Source: Octopus sinensis
Taxonomy: Eukaryota
DNA: 10,894 bases
NCBI RefSeq assembly: GCF_006345805.1
Contig: NW_021827288.1
Coordinates: forward strand, 1-10,894
Reading direction: 5' to 3'
A program made the translations under genes and the position numbers. Under the pieces are notes generated by a model. It saw nothing but the letters and a program-made list of their open reading frames with translations, did not search any database and was not told where the DNA came from. Below are positions 1 through 8,715 of this stretch, in pieces. Numbering within the stretch: the first letter of the stretch is position 1; every line of letters begins with the position of its first letter.

Positions 1-5
1 ATAGC

Positions 6-119
6 GCCAACAACAAGAACAATATCAATGACACCAACAATGACACAAATAACTACGAGAACAACAAGAACAACAACAACGACAACGACGACGACGACGA
101 TGATGAAGTCGACAACAAT
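6..119. repeat. Degenerate trinucleotide microsatellite (AAC/GAC/GAT)n
   Basis: Runs of aacaacaac, gacgacgac and gatgatga from the window start to ~119. Confidence 0.85.
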
Positions 120-214
120 GGATTTCTGGTCTTAAGAATAACCAGGAATTGCGATTGTCAAAATCGTTTTGTTCCTTGCTTGTCTCCTTTCTATTCAATC
201 TGTAAATGTAATTT

Positions 215-520
215 TACGCCGACACTAACTCTCTTTTTCTCTCTATTACCCTCATTTTTGCTCTCATTTACTCTCCGTTCTCTCTGTCTCTCCTTACTTT
301 CTTTACACCCGTTTCAAACATTCTACTTCCTGTCACCCCAGTCTCACCCTCTACTTTACTCTATTTTGATCTCATATACTCTCTGTTACTCTCTCTCTCT
401 CTCTCTCCCTATCTCACTCTCTTTTACTTAGTCTCTTTCTCTTACTCTCTCTCTCTCGCCCATCTCTTGCCTCGCTCTTTTCTCTCTATTCAACAGTTAA
501 CTCTCTTTGTCTTTGAAGAA
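215..520. repeat. CT-rich low-complexity tract / (CT)n
   Basis: Pyrimidine-rich with ctctctct runs; accounts for the Leu/Ser-rich 180..431 ORF. Confidence 0.85.
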
Positions 521-535
521 TACTAAAATGTCTCG

Positions 536-700
536 TATACACACACATACGCACACACATACATAGAAAATGCATATACACACACATACGTATACGCGCA
601 CACACATACACAGACGCACACGGCAAATACATACACATATATATATATATATATATATTATATATAATATATATATATATATATATTATATATATACCAT
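536..700. repeat. Compound (CA)n/(TA)n microsatellite
   Basis: acacacatac-type repeats grading into pure (TA)n at ~636-697. Confidence 0.9.
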
Positions 701-758
701 AAAATGTCAGTGGGGGTGATAGATGAATATATTTATTTAACCACTTGTCATCCTTAGT

Positions 759-999
759 GGAGGCGCGTGGTGCAGTGCTTAAGGGTGTTGGACTCATGAT
801 TGCAAGGTTATGGTTTCGATTCTTGGGCTGGATGATACGTTGCGTTCTTGAGCAAAACACTTCATTTCACATTGCTCAAGTTCACTCAGCTGGCGAAAAT
901 AAGTAATCTTGCGACATATTGGCGTCCCGTCCATGGGTGAGAAATACATGCGCCACAGAAACCGGGAAACCTGCCCTATGGCACGGGAAGGAGTTTTAC
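759..999 (+). mobile_element. tRNA-derived SINE, family A (CORE-like central domain), diverged copy
   Basis: GGAGGCGCG start; A-box-like TGGTGCAGTGC (768-778); B-box-like GGTTTCGATTC (812-822). These are followed by GTTCTTGAGCAAAACACTTCA, which resembles the CORE-SINE motif GTGACCTTGGGCAAGTCACTT. The resemblance to octopus SINEs is from recall; the 3' boundary is approximate. Confidence 0.75.
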
Positions 1000-1161
1000 A
1001 TTCTTTCTAATGAGACTTAAAGTATCGTCAATTTTTCCCAAACATGAAGAATTTTACTGCAAAAATAGAAATGATAGTAATTACAAATGTCAGATATTTT
1101 ATGAGTTTTTCATGTGATTGCAACAGCAGAGAGAACAGTTAGCCATAATTTATGAGGCAAA

Positions 1162-1370
1162 AAGGCGATGAGCTGGCAGAATTATTAGCCGGACAAAATG
1201 CTTAGCGGCGTTTCTTCCGACTTTACATTCTAAGTTCAAATTGCCACCGAGATCGAATTTTCCTTTGCCTTTCGAGGTTCATAAAATAAGTACCAGTAGA
1301 ATACTGGGTTCGATTAATCGACCAGACGCCTCCCTACAAAATTCCAGGTAGTTTGCCTATAGCGGAAAAG
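1162..1370 (+). mobile_element. tRNA-derived SINE, family B, diverged monomer
   Basis: Collinear with the copies at 6775 and 7770: aaggcgatgagctggcaga ... ttctaagttcaaatt (B box) ... aaaataagtaccagt ... ctgggttcgattaatcgac ... cctccc. Confidence 0.85.
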
Positions 1371-2386
1371 TATAACAAAATAGTCCGCCATATTGTCGAT
1401 AATTTTAGTAAGCTGTCACACTAAAATCGATAAAATGAATTCCAGTCGCACACCGTATCGATTTAATCAACATCCCCTTCTCTTTTCCACCTCACATCCG
1501 CCACCGATAAATAGTCGCATGTCGTCTGGCCTAGAATATATCATTTAAAAAAAAATCGATATACATTTCCATTTTGTATTTTTTTTTCTTATTTTACGTT
1601 TTTAAGTTATTTTCTGTCACTTCAATGTCCAAGTGAAAGCAATTTTTTTTCCCTCTCTTTTTAAAATATTTCTTAAACCAAACTTAATCAATTCTGATTC
1701 CATTTATTGGAACGGCTCCTGTTTTATATCATTCTTCGAATATTGAAGCTAATTTATCTAATTAAACGCTCAAAATGTCTCAAAATCATAAATTTCCTCA
1801 AAGATATGTGTCACTAAAACTCCCCAGCGTTAAAGAAAAAAAAAACTTATAATTTTCTTTTCTTTCTCTCTGATATCCTTGTTTTAATGCATTTTATTTC
1901 TGTCTTCATTTTATCTTTTTTTCTGTTTTTCTCATCGTCTTCGTCGACGTTGATGCCTGAATTCAATTATACTCCAGTCACTGGTGTTGTGTGCTCTTTC
2001 GTGAAAACTGTTTTTTTCTCTCCACACCAAGTAACAATTGATTCGTGTTTGCATTATAAATCAGGCATCAGAGCTATTTCCGTAAGTGTGATTTACATTT
2101 TATGCTATGTTAAGCTATATAACGCAAAGGGTCGAGTGCCGTAAGGTGAAGCGTCAAATACACTTGTGTCTTCAAAACAGCATTCAGCTTACGATTTTAA
2201 ATGCCTGATCGTTACGTAGAAAAGTAGTTATTCTGCAGAGTCGGTCGAGTGGAGATACTCGGCCTAAAAAAGTGATACGGCTTATCTATATGTGACTATG
2301 AATATGCTTCAACACACGAATTCATATAAAGAATCTTGCAAACCAAATCCAAAAACGAAATAGGACTATATTACTTTCTATGTATA

Positions 2387-2782
2387 TCTTTATATATAAA
2401 AGAGAAGTTGTGTGTCTGTCTACTTCGATTTAGATTCCTAACTACTCCCACATTTTGCGGTGCAGTTTAACCAAAACCGGGTATCTTATAGTCGTGATTC
2501 ATATCGAGCTCTTCTGGGTATTAGCGCGCGTCTACGATAAGTCTACGATTAAAAAAAAAATTACCATAACTTTTTTCCATTTTAATGCATTTTTCGCTAT
2601 TATATAAGGGAAGTAACTCTCTAAAAATATCTACGATGAGTCAACGATTTTAAAAAAAATTTACCATCATTGTTTTTCCATTTTTAATGCATTTTTTTGC
2701 TATTTTTTGGCTATAACTCTCTAAAAATGCTTATATAATTATTTCCCTTGCAAACCCGAGCAACGCCGGGCGATACTGCTAG
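2387..2782 (+). mobile_element. Non-autonomous Helitron-like element, copy 1
   Basis: Starts with TC (2387) after an A and ends in CTAG (2779-2782) before a T. Subterminal GC hairpin CCCG(A)GC-AAC-GCCGGG at 2755-2770, 8 nt upstream of the CTAG. These are canonical Helitron termini. The boundaries are confirmed by the second copy at 4457-4847. Confidence 0.85.
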
Positions 2783-2870
2783 TTCATTATATAATAAAAC
2801 TGTCGTACATAATTCAGAGTAGATTCTGCTGCTATTTCTAACATGTTGAACGGCCACATAGGCGTTGCCT

Positions 2871-3206
2871 TTATTCATGCATATTAGCCAGAAGTTGCTG
2901 GTGGTGGTTTTGTTGTTTATCCTCGAGTTGGCCCTCACTAAGCAAGTTTATGATCGAAGGCGTTCCATCCACGGCAACTTGTCTTTTTATTAAGAGATCA
3001 ACGATTACAGTATAGCTGCATCTTTGTTCCAGTTCTTTACAGTTTTGGGAGTGAGGTTGGGTGGCATTTTTTTCTTTCTTAAATCGAAGGTCAATGAGCT
3101 GCAGTTCGAAGGAACTTTGACTGTTATTTCTCGCAGGCCTGGCGGTAACATCTCTCAGCGTTTCCCTCCTCCAAATCGATCGCAAACTTAATTGCATCGC
3201 AGACAC
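2871..3206 (-). other. Unassigned 111-codon ORF in a non-repetitive island; coding status unsupported
   Basis: The longest ORF in the track that is not low-complexity. No recognisable domain, and no convincing splice signals were identified. Confidence 0.12.
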
Positions 3207-3560
3207 AACTGGGATGCAAAACCAAATCGTATCACGTTGTAATTGGGAAATGGATTACGAAAACATAACCGTCAACTTTTAAATAGGATAAAATATATGG
3301 TTTTCAAGAAAATAAACTTTAAATCAAATTATTTGAAATTGAATTAGACATCATATAAATAATAATCCTATAATTCGCACTATATTTACTGAAATTTCTG
3401 TCTACCTCATGATTTTCTTACCTTCTATCATTCGCGTAGATAAAAATTTAAATTTGCTATTAATTCAAAGATCATGATCGAGATATCATTCCGTTTTTCC
3501 CCCTTTAACGTTTCATATGCTATATATTATCGTGTTCCATTTGATAGAATAAACGTATAC

Positions 3561-3564
<4 letters not shown>

Positions 3565-3607
<43 letters not shown>

Positions 3608-3640
3608 ATATATAATATATATATATATATATAATATATT
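3565..3640. repeat. (TA)n microsatellite
   Basis: Nearly pure TA run. Confidence 0.95.
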
Positions 3641-3961
3641 AATAAATAAAATAAAACATGATATATATAAACATATATGTACGTACCTACCTACATGTAC
3701 ATATACACGCATATATGTGAGTATGGGACACCAAAGGGACGTCGAACACAAAGAGAAACGAAAACAGACACAAACCAAAGGAACTGGACATACATTTAAA
3801 AACACCAAAAAAATAATATAGAATACAGGACAATTAACACAAAGAAAAAACCCCTTCTTCAGTCACTAAAGCTTTCATCTACTCTACGTTTCGAAATATA
3901 TATATATATATTAGAATACAGTGTACATTCAAACACAGAAGAGATGACCAATGATAGGACA

Positions 3962-4140
3962 TCTGACTCACTAGAAAGAGCAGTTAGAACTCCAAGCCAC
4001 GAATAGTTGCAATTCTGAAAGGGAATGAAAAATAAAAACATTTACCCTGTTTTTATTTTTCATTTTTTATTTTTCATTCACTTTCAGAATTGCAACTATT
4101 CGTGGCTTGGAGTTTTAACTGCTCTTTCTAGTGAGTCAGA
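3962..4140. repeat. Long inverted repeat / fold-back (77-bp arms)
   Basis: 3962-4038 is the reverse complement of 4064-4140 at 75/77 positions; 25-nt spacer. Confidence 0.95.
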
Positions 4141-4456
4141 AGTGAGGAAGGAAGGGTTGATCAAATATATTTAGATTATAAAATAAAAGGGGCATGAGGT
4201 TGAAAACAAAGAGGCCAAAAAACCTTAAGGGTAGTAGTTAAGATCTGAGGGTAACGAAACATAACTCAACTATGAAATTACGCTAGAAACTTAGAAAGGG
4301 ATTTTAGAACCATGTAAAGAAAAAAGGATACATAAATACACTTAAACCCTAAAAATAGGGTCCTATGATATATAAGAGAAAGTTCATAAGGATTTTCCTT
4401 AGTATGATACTAAAGCAGTCGTGCTAAAACCATTCAACATTGAATTTATAATTAAA

Positions 4457-4847
4457 CTAGCAGTATCGCCCGGCGTTGCTCGGGTTTGTAAGGGAAATAA
4501 CTATAAAGCATTTTTAGAGAGTTATAGACAAAAAATAGCAAAAAAATGCATTAAAAATGGAAAAAATATGATGGTAAATTTTTTTTTTTAAATCGTTGAC
4601 TCATCGTAGACATTTTTAGAGAGTTACTTCCCTTTAAAAAATATGCATTAAAATGGAAAAAAATGATGGTAAATTATTTTTTAAATCGTAGACTCATCGT
4701 AGACGCGCGCTAATACCCAGAAGGGCTCGATATGAATCACGACTATAAGATACCCGGTTTTGGTTAAACTGCACCGCAAAATGTGGGAGTATTTAGGAAT
4801 CTAAATCGGAGTAGACAGACACACAACCTTACTTTTATATATAAAGA
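4457..4847 (-). mobile_element. Non-autonomous Helitron-like element, copy 2
   Basis: Reverse complement of 2387-2782; about 95% identical over the first ~170 nt when compared by eye. On the minus strand it reads A|TCTTTATATATAAAAG ... CCCGAGCAACGCCGGG-CGATACTG-CTAG|T. Confidence 0.85.
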
Positions 4848-5082
4848 TTATAATTAAATGTTATCTGAGTAGGAGTACGTAGTTTATATCAAACCACAAC
4901 CAGAGATTAGAGTCTAAACGATAAGTTAGTTAATCCCATACTGGTATATGAGATGTGTCTGTGTGTGACGAAGTGGATGCGACCTGCGCCCACGAAAGTT
5001 TAGTTATGCAGAGCAAGGTCAAACCGCCATTTAATACAAGTAACTACTACCAAATATGCCATTTACTTTCATTTGCTCTCTC

Positions 5083-5165
5083 GCTTGTGTATATGCATAT
5101 GTGCACATGTGTACGTAAGCATGTATATAAATATTAGTGTAGTATATATGCGAATAGATATATGA

Positions 5166-5212
<47 letters not shown>

Positions 5213-5600
5213 CATACATACATACATACATGCACACATGCATACACAAATATATGGATATACATACGCACACATATATATATATATATACGCAAACACA
5301 TATATGTATGCACACATGCATACACAAATATATGGATATATATACATATATATATTATATATATACATACATACACATGCGCACACACACATACATGCAT
5401 AAATATATGGATATACATATACATATATATATATATATATATACGCAAACACACAAACACACATACACATATATATCATATTATATACATACAGGTATAT
5501 ATTCATATGTATATATTTAAATCATCGTTATATAAGATATAGGAAAGCGTTTCTTCTCGCGCGCACGTGCGTGTGTGTGTGTGTGTTTATGTGTGTGAAT
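5083..5600. repeat. Compound (TA)n/(TACA)n/(CA)n/(TG)n microsatellite with a ~75-78 bp higher-order unit
   Basis: Source of all the Ile/Tyr/His-rich ORFs at 5031-5542; the motif AATATATGGATATA recurs near 5249, 5327 and 5402. Confidence 0.9.
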
Positions 5601-5848
5601 AGCATCAATGACATAACCTTACTTTCAGATTCATTAAGCGTTACATCACGACATCAGCATCTTTGCATCGATGCCAAATAGCCTGCAACCTGAACATTTC
5701 CTCAACATCAATACACCATGTTTTCAATAATTCTCAAGTTTCGCGGAAACCAATAATGTGGCTAAAATGTTTACACACGTTCACATTCATTTTGCGACAG
5801 ATTTAGAAGGTAGCTGTGATTTAATCGACCGTAGTACTTGATCGCAAT

Positions 5849-6136
5849 TTAATGCATCGATTTAGGATTTTGGAATGTAAAAACCGATCAGGCCCACAAT
5901 CACCGAGTGATTTAAACCAAAGTCTGTGTTAGAATCGCTTTTATTTAGAAATCGGAGAAGAATCTTAAAAGTTTTTGTATCTGGTTTGCAAGATTCTTTA
6001 TGTCAATTCGTGTGTTGAAATAAATTTTGCTGTGTCTTGGGAAAGTCATTATTCCAATATTAATGCATCGATTTAGGATTTTGGAATGTAAAAGCGATCT
6101 GGTCCCGACACACAAGGTGATTTAAACTAAATTCTG
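5849..6136 (+). repeat. Dispersed direct repeat, period ~211 bp
   Basis: TTAATGCATCGATTTAGGATTTTGGAATGTAAAA is identical at 5849-5882 and 6060-6093; degenerate similarity continues to ~5926 and ~6136. Confidence 0.9.
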
Positions 6137-6465
6137 AAGAGAAAAATCACTGAAAATGTTGCAAATAGCGACGAAAGAGCTTTGACAAAACAAACGCATG
6201 TTGAACCATTTTAGGCAAACAAGCGATTAGTTATTGTTGGATATTTAACCAATTGACTAATATTAAAGGAATGAAATTGAACCAGTGTGTGTGTTAATAA
6301 TATTGGTGTAATGACTCTCCGTAAACATAGCAAAATCCTAAAAATATTTCATTTTAAAATATGATGTTAATGCATAAATCAGATTGGGTCGAGAGTTTGC
6401 CAAAACCTTTAAGAAGGGTGGATATGTTGTCGGTGTTTGATACAGAGCTGGTCCGGTTGTTTGGA

Positions 6466-6590
6466 CAATAGCATAGGCAAAATCTCTGCAATATGGGGGA
6501 GGGAGATAGTCGATTGCATTGCCACTAGTGCTCAACTGGTATTTATTTTACTGACCCCAAAAGCATAAGGCAAAGTTCACCGCCACGAAC
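6466..6590 (-). mobile_element. SINE family B, old 3' fragment
   Basis: gggggagggagatagtcgattg ... ctcaactggtatttatttta ... gacccc ... aggcaaagt is the degenerate reverse complement of the family B body and tail. Confidence 0.7.
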
Positions 6591-6597
6591 GGGCTTA

Positions 6598-6715
6598 CAT
6601 ACGGTTTCCGCCAACCGAATTTCACTGAAGTGTCTTATGCTGACTCTTCAAGGTGCTGCTCAGTGAGTTCGAACCTTGAAATTTGTGATTGACAAAAATC
6701 TCAACCTATTGAGCA
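6598..6715 (-). mobile_element. tRNA-derived SINE, family C, old 5' fragment
   Basis: The minus strand has a B box GGTTCGAACTC (plus 6665-6675) followed by actgagcagcaccttgaag (CORE-like). Assignment to an octopus family is from recall. Confidence 0.55.
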
Positions 6716-6766
6716 AGCAACGATTCAGTAAGAACGTAATGTGAGATAAACATCTCCCAATATTAA

Positions 6767-6972
6767 GTTCCATAAAGGTAGCGATCTGGCGAAATACTTA
6801 GAGGTATTTCGTCCGTCTTTACGTTCTGAGTTCAAATTCCGCCGAGGTCGACTTTGCTTTCATCCTTTCAGGGTCGATAAATTAAGTGCCATTTATGTAC
6901 AGGGTCAATCTAATCGACAGGCCGCCTCCCCCAAAATTTCGGGCCTTGTGCCTAGAGTAGAAAAAAATATTT
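6767..6972 (+). mobile_element. SINE family B monomer with a deleted head
   Basis: B box GAGTTCAAATTCC at 6828-6840, typical body, and tail cctcccccaaaatttcgggccttgtgcctagagtag. Confidence 0.9.
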
Positions 6973-6973
6973 T

Positions 6974-7359
6974 GTTCCATAAAGGTGGCGCACTGGCGAA
7001 ATACTTAGCGGTATTTCGTTTACCGTTCTGAGTTCAAATTCCACCGATGCCGACTTTGCCTTACATCCCTCGGGATCGATTGAATAAGTACCAGTTATGC
7101 ACTGGGGTCGAAATAATCGACTTAATCCGTCTGTCTGTCCTTGTTTGTCTCCTCTGTGTTTAGTCCCTTGTGGGTAGTAAAGAAATAGAAATAGGCATTT
7201 CGTCTGTCATTATATTCTGAGTTCAAATTCCGCCGAGGTCGACTTTGCCTTTCATCCTTTCGGGGTCGATAAAATAAGTACCAGTTCAAGTACTGGGATC
7301 GATGTAATCGACTTGCCCCGCCCCTCAAAACTGCTGGCCTTCTGCTGAAACTCGAAACC
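6974..7359 (+). mobile_element. SINE family B dimer (deleted head + 184-bp unit + terminal unit)
   Basis: Unit starts gtatttcg (7011) and gcatttcg (7195) are 184 bp apart; each unit has GAGTTCAAATTCC. Confidence 0.9.
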
Positions 7360-7769
7360 AAGATTTCGTTTCATTGTTTCATCCAGTCTTTTTTTCTTTT
7401 TCAATTTACTCTTCTTTTGCGTCCCTTCTCGTTCTTCTCCTTTTAATCTCGTTATTCTACATTCAGTCTCATTATTCCTACTTTTAATCTCGTCTGTCTA
7501 TGTTTTAATATCACGATTCTATCTTTTATCTTTCATGTGTCGCACGTACAAAAGATAATTTACAACGAAGACGCATTTCGCGATTATATTTCTCTCGTGT
7601 AGCGAAGGCTGATTCTGTTGATAAGTTATATCGAAGTCATTAGCTGGGTTTCTCTTTTTCTTTTTCTCCTTCTTTTCTTATTTTTCTTCTCTTTTTCTCC
7701 AATGACGAAACATAACTTTCCATAATGATCATTTCTTTCTGAATAACGGTTATTATTATTGTCATTGTT

Positions 7770-8337
7770 AAGGTGGCGAGCTGGCAGAAACTTTAGCATG
7801 CCGGGCGAAATGCGTAGCCGTATTTCGTCTGCCGCTACGTTCTGAGTTCAAATTCCGCCTAGGTCGACTTTGCCTTTCATCCTTTCGGGGTCGATTAAAT
7901 AAGTACCAGCTGCGCACTGGGGTCGATATAATCGACTTAATCCGTTTGTCTGCCCTTGTTTGTCCTCTCTGTATTTAGCCCCTTGTGGGTAGTAAAGAAA
8001 TAGGTATTTCGTCTGTCTTTACGTTCTGAGTTCAAATTCCGCCGAGGTCGGCTTTGCCTTTCATCCTTTCGGGGTCGATTAAATAAGTACCAGTTGCGCA
8101 CTGGGGTCGATGTAATCGACTTAATCCATTTATCTGTCCTTGTTTGTCCTCTCTGTATTTAGCCACTTGTGGGTAGTAAAGAAATAGGTATTTCGTCTGC
8201 CGCTACGATCTGAGTTCCAATTCCGCCGACGTCGACTTTGCCTTTCATCCTTTCAGGATCGATTAAATAAGTACCAGTCAAGTGCTGGGGTCGATGTAAT
8301 CGACCAGTCCCCTCCCCCAAATTTCAAGCTTTGTGCC
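7770..8337 (+). mobile_element. SINE family B trimer (intact head + two 184-bp units + terminal unit)
   Basis: Head aaggtggcgagctggcagaaac (A-box-like TGGCAGAA); units start gtatttcgtc at 7820, 8004 and 8188; the last unit ends in the cctccccc tail. Confidence 0.92.
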
Positions 8338-8370
8338 ATGTTCCAAGAGGTAAATTATCCAAACTCCAAA

Positions 8371-8603
8371 GATTTCTTCTCAACACACGGCTATGATACT
8401 CCCCCACTACTTCTGCTGGTGATCAGAGATGCACATATTGTCAGCCACTAATGGACATGCTCAACTGGTTACGGTCAAGTAACTGACAAGCAAATCTGTG
8501 GTATTGAGCAGAATATTTGCTGTAATCCATCTTTTACATCAGGACAAAACATGTACAAAATAACACTTCCAAGTATTCAGCAGAATATTTGTTGTAGCCC
8601 ATC
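8371..8603. repeat. Probable fragment of a dispersed repeat, with an internal 31-bp duplication
   Basis: 8501-8531 matches 8573-8603 at 27/31 (seen directly). That this is a dispersed cephalopod repeat is from recall only. Confidence 0.4.
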
Positions 8604-8604
8604 A

Positions 8605-8679
<75 letters not shown>

Positions 8680-8715
8680 CATCATCATCATCATTAATAT
8701 TATTATTATTATTAT
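8605..8715. repeat. (ATT)n microsatellite with a short (ATC)n interruption
   Basis: Long pure tattattat run; explains the poly-Asn ORF 8534..8740. Confidence 0.97.

Noticed and set aside
759-830. Possible tRNA gene (A and B boxes present)
   Set aside because: The boxes are degenerate, no cloverleaf with an acceptor stem can be built, and the sequence continues into a SINE body.
2060-2209. 9-bp inverted repeat ATCAGGCAT / ATGCCTGAT
   Set aside because: Too short to exceed chance expectation in 11 kb and it does not extend.
2387-4847. Composite cut-and-paste transposon using the two inverted copies as TIRs
   Set aside because: The outer ends are Helitron 5' TC ends, not DDE-type TIRs; no TSD flanks the pair; no transposase is enclosed; and copy 2 has its own flanking repeat, which points to independent insertion.
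5031-5542. Six overlapping ORFs of 78-145 aa on both strands
   Set aside because: They translate (TA)n/(CA)n microsatellite, which lacks stop codons in most frames, giving Ile/Tyr/His/Thr/Cys/Val repeats. The same applies to the ORFs at 486-860, 3474-3821, 9450-10134 and similar.
7122-7361. 79-aa ORF with ordinary-looking composition
   Set aside because: It lies wholly within the antisense strand of SINE family B units.
7440-7515. CTTTTAATCTCGT repeated 41 bp apart in a pyrimidine-rich stretch
   Set aside because: A short match in low-complexity sequence, most simply explained by slippage.
7820-8337. Regularly spaced repeats resembling a CRISPR array or a hammerhead retrozyme
   Set aside because: The whole 184-bp unit is repeated with no unique spacers and there are no cas genes. 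I found no hammerhead core (CUGANGA ... GAAA) on either strand. Other ribozyme classes cannot be excluded by eye.
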